From contig OZ024742.1 of NCBI GenBank assembly GCA_964016885.1, positions 300,328,001 to 300,392,000 of the forward strand: 64,000 nucleotides of DNA, given 5' to 3'. The first letter of the stretch is position 1. Every line of letters starts with the position of its first letter. Both the position numbers and the translations under genes were made by a program. The stretch comes from Eledone cirrhosa. Taxonomy: Eukaryota. The notes below the pieces were generated by a model. The model had not been told where the DNA came from. It saw only the letters and a program-made list of their open reading frames with translations, and searched no databases. Below are positions 11,113 through 26,100 of this stretch, one piece after another.

Positions 11113-14100
11113 GTAGGTATTATATATATGTACCTAATTAATGTAAATATGTTTCCTTTTTTTATTTATAGATACATTTATTCAATGCATCGATTTGTTA
11201 ATTTCGATTAATTAATTGAAATAATTTAGAACTAAACACAATCAGGTTATGTTTTCATCGGTGCTCGTTATATTTACATACTTTTTAGTGATTTCAGTCA
11301 CTAGACTACGTCCATCTAAGGGGGGGAACTGCCTTTAAGGGATTTTAGTCGATCATATCGACCTCAATGATCATTTTTTTCAAGTTGATACTTATTTTAT
11401 CGATCTCATTTTGCCGAACCGCTTAGTAGCTGAACGCATAAACATATATGCACACGCACTCATACAACAGGATTCTGCAGTTTCCTTCTACCAAATTTTA
11501 CTCCCAAGGTACCTGAGACTGAATCCTAAACCACAGTCATGCCTGTGCCTAGGACTGAACCCTAAACCACACGACCATGCCTGTACCTCTACATGTGTCT
11601 ACTGCGAAACGATTTTCTTTTAAGAAGCTTTGGAGCATTTTATCTCTCTCTCCCTCTCTTTTTTTTTATATTAGATAAAAATTATTTTTTAGTTGAGCAT
11701 CTTATTGAAACGAAAGTAAAACTTTAAGAAGTAAAATGAAAACGACGACACGTGCTTAGTTTCTGTATACATACAACTACAAAATATATTTATTTCTTAA
11801 CATTTTTACTTGATTTTCAATAACTTTATATAATAGGAAGTGACCCAAAGGTATTCTAACCGTATCCATTTAGTTTCTTTTTTTAATTTTTTTTACGTTT
11901 ATTTTCAGGTGTTGACAATAAATCCACCGAATCATTTTGCTTGCTTCATTCATACACACAAACCGACGAGGAACATAAATCTCCTATTAATAAATTACTT
12001 TTAAATTAATCATAATAATTTTCTTTTGTCGTTATTAAACATCATTTAGTTTTAGACATTTTCTTTTACTAATAAACCATTCGGGTACCATTAATTTCCA
12101 TTTCATTACGATCTGAGTTCAAATCCCGCCGAGGTTGACTTTGCCTTTCATCCTTACGGGGTCGATAAAATAAAGTACCAGTAATGTACTGGGTAATTTC
12201 TGGCCTTGTGCCAATAGTAGAAACAATTAATTTCCATTTCATTATATATGGTGATTGCTGTCTACTTAAAACGAAAGAACGCCGGGGACCGTAATTATAA
12301 CTAACGCAATAAATCCAATATATCGGACAAGCTATTTTGATTTTATTCAAAAGAGATCTATTGTCAACGATACCGTTCTTTTTTTCTTTCTGTCTAAATA
12401 TAGTGTATCCATGACTACATGAGTTTTGATTTGCAATGCAAAAATATCCTTTAAGGTTCACATTTTGTACATGATTATTAGTTTCAGAAAACTATTAACA
12501 AAAACAAACCCAAAACATTCTTCTTCGCCCACTTCTTCTTGAGAGGGTCGTGAGGGCAGTCCTCAAACACTCCTTTCAGAGGGTCGTGTCAGAAGCAAAC
12601 ATCTCTAATTGATCTGGCTGGATCCCCAAGCGAGACCAGCGGGATCTTCTGACAGAACCTGAGGACTCTGCCCCCACGACCCTCTCAGGAATAAGTGGGC
12701 AAAGAAGTGTTTATATGTGCAAGATGCTTTTAAAATGAAGTTTAGCATCCTACACCATTTTACACCATTCCATACCACTCTACATGTAGTAATCTTTTTT
12801 TTTTTCTTTTGAAATTTCTATTTTAGCATTGGATCCTTTTAATGATTGTCTGAATCCCAATTACAGTTTTATCTGCTCTTCTTGTGACCCTTCTGAGGTG
12901 ACTGACATAGACTGTTTTAACGTGTTACACCAAAAACCCACCCTGAATAAATTACAGAAAAACTGCAACTTCACTGATGAGTGTTGCAGTAATGACTTCA
13001 TCCCAGAAGGACGAAGATGCAAGACTATAGATTCCCTGGAAGATTCTATGAAACCAGAATCTTCACAGGAAGCATCTTCCAACCCTGCAAGGGATCTGGA
13101 TAAGGATAGCCTCAAGCCAAAACTTGAACCTCTGCCTAAGTCAGCTAGCAAAATTGGTGAGATTTTACAAAAGAGGCCTCTGATGGCTCCCACTGCAGGC
13201 AAGAGATTATATCCTCAATCTCTTCCATATCTTGAGGTGAGTGACTTCTTTTAACCCTTTTGTTATCATATTTCTAACAAAAACATACTGCTTTTGTTTT
13301 TTTGTTTTTTTCATTATCAAAATAATCATGAGGAGTTTTAGTGAATTAACTTTCAACTTAATAAAATCCATAAGTCTATTAATGTTTCAAGACATTCACA
13401 GCCTCATTTTCAGAATATGAATGATAGTAATAGTGTTTGCATGTTATTTGTGCAGTTTGCACTAGGCACCAAGAGATCATAGGAATACTGTTATATAGGA
13501 TTTTTTTCTATTTCTGTGTTTGATTTGAAACAATTCTGTTCTTAAATCCCATAAGTCTGTTCTCTGCAGCCTTTATTGTTGTATTCCCTGCAAATTTTAC
13601 AGTCCCCTTTTGATTAACCCAACTGATTTATGTGGACCAGTGTCCTCAACTTAGTTTTTATAATCACATTTTAGCTGTTGTATTTGAGTTCAAATTCTTC
13701 TTAGAGATTCAAATGCCACCACTGGCTAGGGCAATTCCCACACAATGGAACCACAACTGATTATAAAAGGTACAGTGGGTGAAGGAAAAGAATTTTGTTT
13801 GTTTACTACTGCAGTGAAAAGATGTTGATTCATATTTCTTTTCCCTTCACAGCCTATTCAGGTAAATCATGTGATTGTCATTCACCCTGGATCACAGAAT
13901 CTACGGATTGGTAGAGCATCAGATTCCTTACCTGTTGTAATACCACACTGTGTTGCTCGCAGACATAAAGCTCCTGGTCAGAAGAGATATGAAGATCCTT
14001 GGTTAGTTAAAAAAGAGTGTCAGGTATATTGTTTTCTACATCTCTTTTAGTGAATTACTCTATTATGTGTTCTAGCCGACAGGCTTAGGCCATGCTGGGG

Positions 14101-17100
14101 CACCGCCATTTTAGAGTGGGGTCTGTATATATGCATGCTTGTATGTATGTTTTCTTTTTCTCTTAATTTTGAGTTTATTTTTGACCTGTCACCTTCCAGG
14201 TGGCGAGGTTGTAAAGAAAACTACATTTTTGTCATCTTTTTGTGCAATTATTCATCCTTTGAATCATAAGAATGTTTTACAGATTTTGAAGCTTTCAGAT
14301 ATGGCCATTTCATAGCTTTCTCCACAAATCCATGTATGCATCCATGTGAAAGAGAGAGATATGCTTGCTTGTGTGGTTGCGAAATGAAGTTCTTAAACAG
14401 TTCATTTTGCAAACGTGTGGCTTCAGGTTCTGTACTATTACATAGCAACTTGGGCAGGTGCCTTCTACATTTTATTGTGGGACTAACTTTACAAAGTGGA
14501 CTTGGCGCATTTTCTTGTGACATGACTACTGAATTGTAATATATTATAAATAAAACCGTATCGCTATAAACAACACTCCCATCTGCTGTCAGCGATATCC
14601 ATATCTGCAGTTGATAACACTCCCATCTACTGTCAATGATACCCTCATCTACTATCGGTGACACTATAGGGTTTTGTGACACCCTAGGTGAAAATCACTG
14701 CAAATGATGAAACAATGTCAGCCCCTTACTTTTGAGTCTGACCCTTGTCCTTTTAGAACCCTTGATCTTTCAGACCCCATCCCCTTCTATGTGACAACAA
14801 TGGAGCATATGTAGGGGAGTGTGTTTGTTCTTCGAGTATAAAAATGAATAACTACACTGAAGGGATGTGGTTTTATGGTTAGGGTGTTGAACTCCCAATC
14901 ATAAGGTCATGGGTTCGATTCCTTGACTGGGCATCACATGTCCTTAAATAAGTCATGTTGCTCTAGTCCGCTCAGTTGAAAAAAAAAACTACCAGCAATA
15001 GCTGGGTGTTAAACTCTGCAACGGACTGGCATCTGGCCCAGGTGGGGAGTTTTGCATGATAGGACAAGGGACCCTATCATTAAAACACCTGAGAAACCTA
15101 GAAGGTGCAACTTCATAGGAGGGCAGCTAAACCTGGTGTGAGCTGTAATAACAATAACCAAACATTGTTTGAAGATTAGAGAGTCACAGTTAGAAACTTT
15201 TGAACATGTGTCTGCATCATAAGAGAGCTGTCTTACTTAATCAACCAGCAGGAGACCCAGGGGTAGACCCTAAGCAAGATCGTTGGATAACATCCATGAG
15301 CTTGGTTGGTCTCGCTTGGGGATCAGGTCGGACCAGTTGGAGACGATTGTTTCTGGCAGGAAGGACTCGTTGGAAGGAGTGTTTGAGGATTCTGGCTCCA
15401 CGACCCTTGCAGGAATAAGTGGGCAAAGAAGAAAAAGAATCTTATTTTAACATTCTCTTTATTTTTAGCATACTGAAGCCAAACTGCAGCAACGACGTGG
15501 GTTGAAACAAGCGGAGGAAGCATTACTTAGCTGGCCAAACAACCTGGGTGAATATCGATCAGCAACTTCACAGAAACAGGTAATGTTCTTTATATGTAAC
15601 TTTTAGAACCCTATACTTTTGTCACTGTCTTGGCAACATCTCTAGTCCTGGTGCCATGATAAAGTGCCTCTAGTACCCTTTAAATTGATTAGAGATCAAA
15701 CGGAGACAGTATAATGTAGAGAATTCTTCTGTCTTGCAGAGCACATGGCAGCCTCTTTAGTGTTGGTGCCACTATAGAATGTACCTGTGCTGGTGCTGTT
15801 GGTACATTAAATGTATCCAGTACACTCAGTAGATTGGTTTATGTTAGGAATGGTATCCAGCCATAAAAACCAGTCAGACAATAAAATCTTATTCAACTGA
15901 TGCTAGCATGGAAACCAAACATAATATGGTGATGATGCATATATCTTGATAGGAGCCTTAATTCTAAATTACTTTTGAGGACAAATAATACTTTTGTTTT
16001 CTGGAGAGAAGTAACTGCTATAAATTGTCATTCTGTCTTGTCTATTGCTCTCCTCTATCTTGCATCTTCTGAATGTTATAGAAAATAGACATAAGTTCAC
16101 CAACATTATGTATTTATTATTAGAAATTGTGGATTGGCAGTATCGGTAGAGGGTCAGACGCCATGCTTTGAAGCATAGTTACCTCCCTTTATGATCTGAG
16201 TTCAAATCCCGCTGAGGTTAACTTTGCCTTTCATCCTTACGGGGTCGATAAAATAAAGTACCAGTAAGGCACTGGGTAATTGCTGGCCTTGTGCCAAAAG
16301 TAGAAACAATTATTAGAAATTGTGAAAGAGTTTAGTCTATTCTTTTACTGGTTTCAGTCGTTAGACTATGGCCATGCTGGAGCATCACCTTGATTTAGTC
16401 AACCATATCAACCCCAGTAGTTAGTTTTCAAGTCTGGTACTTATTTTGATAAACCTCTAGGTTATGAGACATAAACATAGACATGGAAATGTATGCACAC
16501 TCACATTCACGCATGTACAATAGTTAAAAATCAAGTATGGTTTGGCATTAGAAGAGACATCCAGACATAAAAAAACTTTCTCAAAAAAGACTCCTTCAAC
16601 CCATACCTGTATGGAAAAGTAGATGTAAAAATTTTGATCTATACTAATGATTTTCTTATAGGTAAACCCTCAATGTATATCTATTATTGTCTCCATCAAC
16701 TACACTGTGCTATAGATAATATGTTCTATTTCAGCTGGCTACTTACAACAGCTGTGTTTTGGGAGAATGGACTGATACGCATTCGTCATTGAATTGGACT
16801 AGTACAATTGATAAACCTGAGTTCTTGATTGGGGAAGAGGTAAGCATGTATAGCTGATTTATGTGTGTGTATATGTGCAAGCATAGCTGTGGTTAAGGAG
16901 TTTGCGTCTCAACCATTTAGTTTCAGGACTCTGACCAATCAATGCCTTGTAATTGAATTTGGTAGGTGAAAACTGTATGGAAGCCTGCCATATTTATTTG
17001 TGTGTGTGTCTGTATACTTCTTTACTTTTTCACCATTAAAGTAAGCAGTGGTGATTATTTATGTCCTGTAGCTTAACAGTTTAACAAGGATCAGTAGAAT

Positions 17101-20100
17101 AAGACCAATATTTAAAAATTGGTGTCAGGAAGGGCATCTATCTGGTCCTAGAACACATCATGAAAAATGTCTTGGCCAACGTGATGATGGCAATCTAGTT
17201 TTGAAAGTCCATATACTAAAATAATGGTAAAGATGTAAGAATCCTATTGTATGTGACTAAAATTTTATCATCATCATTATCGTTTAACATCTATCTTCCA
17301 CAGTAGCATGGGTTAGACGGGAATTGTCCCACTTGAAGCAAGATTGGTCGGGTGACCGTGTCTCGCTTGTATAGGACTATCTGGCAGGTTTTCTATGGCT
17401 GGATGCCCTTCCTAACACCAACCACATTTACAGTGTGGACTGGGAGGTTTTTACTGTGTTACCTACACGGCCACATTACAGCGTGGACTGTGTGTTTTTT
17501 TTTGTCGTGACATCTACACGACCTCATTAGTTTGGACTTGTTGTGGCGGTATCCATATAACTTTATAGAGAAAGGGTGTTGGTGGGAGTGGGAGGATGGA
17601 GTAGTGGGCTGGGGTGTATATTTGGTTAAGAGGTGCCTACTGACTGTAGGTTTCGCTTTGTACATAGGCAAGGCTGGTCTTCTGTATTACTGCATAGTGC
17701 CAAAGATCTCAGTCCAGTGACATGGTCTTAGAGATGTTTTATCATTTGTTTTATTTTGTATGTTTGTGAAAGATCTCCAGTAATCATATATTCTAGGAAA
17801 AAAAAATTAAAATGAAACTTAAAGCTCACATCTCTGCAGGTTTAGCTGGCCTGCTATAAGGTGACATTTCATATGAGGTTTCTTTGGTGTTTTAATGATA
17901 GGCGCTGGACCCCCATCATGAAAATCTATATGAAATGAAGCATCCTTTACTCTGTCAGAGGTTCTCAAATCTTTTGGGCTACTGCCCTCCTCACGGCCAC
18001 ATAATACCCTCAGCACCCTCCAATCTTATTTCCAGAGAGACTGCCTATACACAAATTGTAAATAATATATAAATTAAATCATTAATATATCCTCTTTGTT
18101 GCGGCCGCAGATGGCCAACATAACTCCAACCCCATCCACCTCACCCCTCCCTGCGCCCCACCCACCAAATGAATGTAGGCACCTTAAAAGGCCGCTCTAA
18201 CGAGGTTGTAGAAATGCTTGAACGTAAGGAGGTTGATGTTTGCTGTATCCAAGAGACCAGGTGGAGGAGCGGGTCTGCTAGATTCATTGTGGGTAAAAAA
18301 CGATGCTATAAGCTTTTCTGGGTGGGAAATGACAATGGGCTGGGTGGGGTAGGAATCATGTTAGCAGAAAAATGGGTGGATAAGATAATAGACGTAAATA
18401 GAGTGAATGACAGAATAATTAAAATAAGACTTGTTCTAAATAGAACTACTGTGACGGTAATATCTGCGTACGCGCCCCAACCCGGACTGCCTGGCGCTAT
18501 AAAAGACAGTTTCTATGAGACACTGATGCTCACTACCTCCCAAATAACCGACAGTGACTATATAATTATTGCTGGCGACCTAAATGGTCATGTTGGACAA
18601 CTGTGACTGCTATGATGAAACGAGGAAGGCTCCAGAATCCTGGAATTCTGTGACGCAAATAACCTAATTATCTGTAACACTAACTTCAAAAAACGAGACA
18701 ATCACTTGATCACCTATAGATCAGGGGAACACACCAGCCACGTAGATTATATCCTTACCAGAAGACGTGACAGAGTGTCTGTTGTAAACACTAAATCCCT
18801 CCCCCATGAAGAATGCACCTCCCAACATAGACCGATAATTAGCGACCTCATAGTCAGGACGAGACGTACTCGACAGCAGAAGAAGACTATCCTCAGGAGA
18901 AAAATATGGAAGCTAAAGGACCCCACAGCCAGAAATAAATTTAAAAGCATATTACTTGATACTTTCGACAGTAAGGAAGAGCATTTAGAGTCGTACAATA
19001 TAGAGGAACAATGGGACTTCCTGAAAGCAAACCTGCTGATGGCGGCAGACGAAGTCTGTGGCTGGAGCAGGCCTATAGGCAGGAGGAGAGTAACATGGTG
19101 GTGGAGGAGTCAATTAAGGCCAAAAAGAAGGCTTGGAAAGTATGGCGGGATGGGGGAAGTAGAGAAGACTATCAAGTGGCCAGGAGGGAAGCTAGGAGAC
19201 AAGTGTACTTCGCAAGAAGGGAAGCAGAGGAAAGAAAGTTCAAGCATGTTCTACAACGCGAGGACCAAAAACGTGAGGTGTTCAGGATTGCTAGGCAATG
19301 TGTCAAGGAAAACCGTGATATTGTCGGGGAGAAGTGTGTACTTAATGATGATGGTGTACTTGCCATCACTGACGCTGATAATAAGGTAGCTTGGAAGTGT
19401 CACTACGAAAGGCTACTAAATGAGGAGAATAAATGGGAGAAAGACAGTCTCCCCCACATCGACCCAATAGAGGGACCAGCAGTGTTAGTCGAAGGTAGTA
19501 TAATAAGTAAGGCAATCAAAGATATGAAGACGGGTAAGGCGGCTGGGCCTTCGGAAATAGTTGCTGAGATGCTGAAAGCCTCTGGAACGGTGGGGCACAC
19601 CATGGTCACCCGGATAGTAAACCAAGTCATACAGAATGGGGTTGTTCCGAAGGCTGGCGTAGCAGCATCATCATTAACTGTAACAAGAGTAAAGGAGATG
19701 CCCTAGATAGGAGTAACTATAGAGGCATTAAATTAATCGACCAGGTCATGAAGGTCACGGAAAAAGTAATAGCACAACTAATCAGAGAGAGAATTGATCT
19801 AGATGAAATGCAGTTCGGGTTTGTGTCAGGCAAAAGTACCACAGACGCTCTTTTCATTGTACGACAACTACAGGAGAAGTACCTAGCTAAAAGTAAACCC
19901 CTATACTTAGCTTTTGTCGACTTGGAGAAAGCCTTCGACAGAGTCTCCCGTTCCATTATCTGGTGGGCTCTTAGAAAACTAGGTGTTGATGAATGGCTTG
20001 TGAGAGCTATACAAGCCATGTATAAAGAAACAGTCAGCAAGGTTAGAATTAACAACAAATATAGTGAAGAGTTTAGCGTAAAAGTTGGTGTTCATCAGGG

Positions 20101-23100
20101 CTCCGTTCTTAGCCCCCTACTATTTATTATTGCCCTTCAGGCTATAACAGTGGAGTTCAAGACCGGCTGCCCATGGGAACTCCTAAACGCAGATGATCTA
20201 ACGCTCATAGCTGAATCAATGGCCGAACTAGAGAAGAAATTCCAAACATGGCAGCACGGCCTAGAATCAAAAGGCCTTAAAATTAACCTGGCTAAGACTA
20301 AAGTTCTAGTTTGTAGGAAGGAAAATAGGGCGCCGGTCCCATCCGGGAAATGGCCATGCTCAGTGTGTAGGAATGGCGTAGGTAGAAACTCCATTTTATG
20401 TCCCAAATGCAAAGTATGGGTGCATAAAAGATGTAGTGGGATCACAGGTAAGCTAACTAAGAACATAGATTTTACATGTGGCCAGTGCTCTGGTGCAATA
20501 AGTAGCAGCAAGTGACCACAAAATACTAGCTCTTTCAATTGCACAGAGGGTTCTATAGAAATAGTTGACAGCTTCCGTTACCTGGGTAACAAAATCAGCA
20601 GTGGGGGAGGGTGCTCTGAAAGTACAGTAGCTAGAGTCAGAACTGGATGGAAAAAGTTCAGAGAGCTTATACCTCTATTAGCCGCTAAAGGGTTCTCTCT
20701 AAAAATGAAAGGCAGGCTGTATGATGCCTGCATACAAACAGCAATGTTGCATGGCAGTTAGACCTGGGCATTGTGTGCAGAGGATATACGCAGACTAGAG
20801 AGGAACGAAGCTTGCATGCTCCGCTGGATGTGTAATAGTAATATACGTGAACGGCAAAGCATAAACGTACTAAGGGAAAAGTTAGAAATAAGAGGGATCA
20901 GATGTTGTTTACTCGAGAGAAGGCTACGTTGGTATGGTCACGTGATGCGCATGAAAGACGACAGCTGTATAAAAAAGTGCAGGGCAATAAAAATAGACGG
21001 TAGCCACGGAGTAGGCAGACCCAGAAAAACCTGGGATGACTTGATAAATTCCGACCTCACACACTTACACCTCTCCAAGACAATGTCCCTGAACTAGATC
21101 TTTGGCGGTACTCAGTAATAGAGAAGACCCGCCTTACCTAAATACAAAGTAAAACCTACTACAGTCAGTAGGCACCTCTAACAAAATACACCCCCGTCCC
21201 ACTACCCCCACCCCATCCACACCGCCCCTTTCAATGTAAAGTTATGTTGGTACCACAACATCCAGGCCGAAACAAATGAGGTCGTTTAGGTGTCACGACA
21301 AAAAAAACACACAGTCCACGCTGTAATGTGGCTGTGTAGGTAACACGGTAAAAACCTCCCAATCCACACTGTAAATGTGGTTGGTGTTAGGAAGGGCATC
21401 CAGCCGTAGAAAACCCGCCAGACAGTCCTATGCGAGCAAGACAACCACTCTTGCCTCAAGTGGGAAAACTCCCGTCCAAACCCATGCTAGCGTGGAATAC
21501 GGACGTTAAACGATGATGATGATACTATGTTTAACCCTTTAGCATTCACATTATTCTATATATACTATTATATTTTCATGGTAAAGGCTTTACCTCGCAT
21601 AATATCGAATCTGAGATTTTGAAAGTATTTATTTTGAGAACAATACCTTAACATCAGTATGAGTGGCCAGTTTCAACAGGAAGAGATAGAGAATTCTGGC
21701 CAGTTTGAACATTAAAGGATTAAATCGATATTATATTTTTTTTATTTTACTATATTTGTATATAGTACTAGCATTAAAGCCCGGCGTTGCTCGGGGTCAT
21801 TAAGTTACCAAAGTTAGGTTGAAGCACTTTTTTGTCTGCCAGGCACTGGGTGAATGAATTGCAGACCTGGAAGCATGAGCTGCGCCAGCAGTGACAATTG
21901 TAGTTTCGCCTATGGATATTATCTCTGTGCAAAAAAGTGTTGAAATTTATTGTTTCACAGTACTTGCGCAACACGCGAGTAGACGATGCCAGCCGAACAA
22001 CAGAGCTGCGATGGAGTTGTTCTGCATGGTTGTCTGTGTGTTTTCTAAATTTAAGACAGTAGGGAGGGTTGTGATATGAGGGAGAGTTAGCTGTTGTTTC
22101 TAGCAGGTTTAGTGACCTCATAGAGGATATGTGTTTTCTAAATTTAAGACAGTAGGGAGTGGTGTGATATGAGGGAGAGTTAGCTGCTGTTTCTAGCAGG
22201 TTTAGTGACCTCATAGAGGATATGTGTTTTCTAAATTTAAGACAGTAGGGAGTGGTGTGATATGAGGGAGAGTTAGCTGCTGTTTCTAGCAGGTTTAGTG
22301 ACCTCATAGAAGATATGTTTTCTAAATTTAAGACAGTAGAGAGGGGTGTGATATGGGGGAGAGTTAGCTGCTGTTTCTAGCAGGTTTAGTGACCTCATAG
22401 AGGATATGTTTTCTAAATTTAAGACAGTAGGGAGGGGTGTGATATGAGGGAGAGTTAGCTGCTGTTTCTAGCAGGTTTAGTGACCTCATAGAAGATATGT
22501 TTTCTAAATTTAAGACAGTAGGGAGGGGTATGATATGGGGGAGAGTTAGCTGCTGTTTCTAGCAGGTTTAGTAACCTCATAGAGGATATGTGTTTTCTAA
22601 ATTTAAGACAGTAGGGAGTGGTGTGATATGAGGGAGAGTTAGCTGCTGTTTCTAGCAGGTTTAGTAACCTCATAGAGGATATGTGTTTTCTAAATTTAAG
22701 ACAGTAGGGAGTGGTGTGATATGAGGGAGAGTTAGCTGCTGTTTCTAGCAGGTTTAGTGACCTCATAAAGGATATTATTGTTTATCATCTATATATATAA
22801 AACTGACTGCACGCCTAACGAAATTTACAGATACATATATTTTAAATAAACTTATATAATTTTTGCTTTTTTTTACGAAATATTTGCTTGTTTTACGTAG
22901 TCTTTAAATAGACTTGTTTTCAAGTAAAAATTATTGCGTTAATGTCATTTTAAACGCTGAGAAAGCCAGCGTAATTTTTTTAATTTTTGCACGCAGACGC
23001 TCAATGTAAACAGAACAAAGGGAAATAACTGATCACTTACGCTCAAAAATCGATACATTATATTCGATTTCGTCAGATAGGGCGGGTCAATTTGAAATAT

Positions 23101-26100
23101 TTTTTTCCGATGTCTTCGCTAGGGCTCAATGTACAAGTATAGCAATTTCGGTGCAATTCCGTGAGAGATTCTAAGAGGAGATGTGTGCCAAAAATCGATA
23201 GCCAGACAGACAACCACAGTTTTATATATATAGATGTAACATTTGATATTTAATATGCTATTATATCATCTCTACCCCCCCCCCCCCCGGACTTTCTCAA
23301 TGCCTCTCCCCCCTCCCAGGGATATGATATCACCCACTTTGAGAACATCTTCTTTAAGTAATGCTTATACTTTCTCTTTCCTAGGCTTTATATGTTCGTA
23401 CATCAGATTGCTATAATCTGCACTGGCCAATCAGATATGGTCAACTAAACATACATGATGGACCAGGAGGAACTTTTTCTGCTGTTTTGGCTGACCTTGA
23501 AACTATTTGGGCGACAGCTTTAGAAACCAAACTAGGAATTAATAGAAAAGATTATTGTGTAAGTTTTATACAATAAGCCTTTGTTTTTTTTGTTTTTGTT
23601 TTTGTTTTTTTTTCCTTTATCCAAATGAAGAGAATGAGGGTTGGGAGGACCCCTTTAGCCCTGCTGATGTCATAACAACTTCTCTTGTGCTGGTTCCATG
23701 ATAAAATGGGGTCAGTATACTCTACAAAGTTCTTGTTTTGGGCCACAATAAAATACATCAACTACAGTCTCTAAAATAGTAGTACAGGTGCCACAGTAAA
23801 ATGTGCCTAGAACATGATACTGCTGATACCACGATAAAATGCATTGAACACTCTGTAAAGGGATTGGTGTTAGGAAGGATATTCAACTGTAGAAATCTTC
23901 CAAAAATGGAATGTGTTTGAGCAAGACATTGTCACCTGACTCATCAAGTCTCTGACCATGTTGAATTGTCTAACCCATGCCAACATAAAAAAACCGACGT
24001 AAAATGATAATTGTTTCTACTTTAGGCACAAGGCCAGCAATTATCCAGTACATTACTGGTACTTTATTTTATCGACCCCGTAAGGGGTAATGGTGATAGT
24101 TATTAGGTCTGAAAGAAAAGGAAGTGCAGATAGGCGATGGAAAATGTGAATTTTAAGCATCGTGCAATTTGATTAAAGCCATAAAAAGGTCTAATGTAAG
24201 GCAGTCCTCCAAGCTGTAATGTAATCATCATCATTAATTTACGTCCGCTTTTCCCTAAATTTACTTACTTAAATGCTATCATTTTATGGCCCTATTTAAA
24301 AAAAAAATTAGTTGTGATGTCACACGTTTGATGTATCTATATATACTCTAGTTTACATTAATCTAGAGATTGAATTCATGATCACCAAGTAGAGACCAAG
24401 AAATTTAACACATAAGCAACAGTGATATTGACTATGTGCTTGTCCCAGGCATGAACAACAGAATGGGAACAATCTACCTGTGTTTGAATAAAGAGTGTAG
24501 GTCAAAATTCCAAGAACATTACGGAATATGTCAGGCATCTGAAAAAGGCTGGTGGGTACAGTAACTGAAGCATTGTAACTATAACAACAAAGATGTGGAC
24601 ACTAGTCTGAATAGATCAGTTTATAATAGATTGTTGTATATTGTTTCAATAATTTGTGTTTGTATTAGCATTCACTCAAGATGAGCTGAAGTCATTCCAA
24701 CCAGTGCATCAACAGCATTGTGAACTGAAGCCACCCATACAGATGTCTGAAGCAGATATAGTCAGTCAGTCATGATTTTAACAATAAATACCATATATGT
24801 GAGGACCAGATATTAGCCAAAGGTTTCACTTGATAGTGTCGATTCACATTTTCAGTTGTTCTCCTTGGCCTTCATACTATTCCAGGTAGGAGCACAGATG
24901 TATCTGCATCATAGATGAGTTCACGTTTTCCAGAACTTGCTATTGTGTTTGACAGGGACTCTTTCAGAAGATATGTCAACAGATACATTGTCTTGATTGC
25001 TTTAGTGTCCTCAGTTTGTGATGCTGTGAATTCATTGACTGGAGTCAGTTCAACCCATCCTAGGTGAATGCCAACACAAGTACAAGTATCCATCTTTATT
25101 GCAAATTGACTAAAATAGTTAAGCTAGTAATTTTTCATTCTTTAATTCTTTTTTCCCCAGGATTATAGAGTAGTGTTATTAATATCTGATGTCTATGTTC
25201 ATAAACATGTGAAGGCAATGATGAATATACTTCTAAATAACCTAGGGTTCTCTGCAGCTATTATTCATCAAGTAAGTATAGCTTTCATAATTTCTATGTG
25301 ATATCATTTTATTAATGTATTTTATGCTTTTGTTTCATAGAATCAAAGCTAGTTTCAGTCAGTTATCAAAAGGGTTAATATGGATGGTTTTGTTTCATAG
25401 AACCAGAGCCCGTTTTAGTTGGTTTAAAGTTTTGTATAAATGTATTTCCAGGAATCTGTATGTGCTACATTTGGTGCTGGTGTCAGTAGTGCTTGTGTGT
25501 TAGATGTTGGAGACCAGAAGACAAGTGTCTGTTGTATTGAAGATGGATTATCTCACAGGAATACTAGGTAAGCACACAACATATGAAAGAACCTCTACAT
25601 GGTTGCTCAAGCTGATTGAAATTTTAATGCTTTATTTTTTTCCATCGTCATCATTTTATGCTCACTGATCTATGTTGGTATGGTTGGATGAGTCTTGCAA
25701 AGCTACTGTCCACTTAGGCTGCTCAGTGAGGGCATGCCTGCTTACTTTAGTTTTGGCTAGAGGACCTTCCTAATGCCAACCACTTCCACATGTACTGGGT
25801 GCATTTTATCATAGTGCTAGAGAATCTTTTTTTTTTTTTTGGCATACGTTTTACAGCTGAATGTCGTTCCTAACAGCAACCACTTAAGAGTATACTGGGT
25901 TCATTTAATTGTATTACCAGCACTAGAAAGGTTGTGATCTTGACCTGACTGAAGGGTCATATCTACTCTTTTTAATAGTGTTCCTACAGTTGCTCTTCCT
26001 AATGCCAACCACTTTATAGTGTGTTTGGGTACATTTTATCATAACACCATTATTAGAAAGATTGTCATGTTTTTGACATGACTGAAAGGGCCTCCTACCC

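Noticed and set aside
19172-20544. Minus-strand ORFs overlapping the LINE
   Set aside because: Antisense shadows of the RTE coding frame with no independent motifs.
17267-21523. Long TIR DNA transposon enclosing an RT
   Set aside because: The inverted arms are diverged RTE 3' ends with (GAT)n tails, and a third solo copy exists at 52222, so these are independent LINE insertions.
21774-22775. Repeat ORFs (MRSLNLLETAANSP...) and a CRISPR-like appearance
   Set aside because: Head-to-tail identical units with no unique spacers, eukaryotic intron context, and 91-bp units break the frame.
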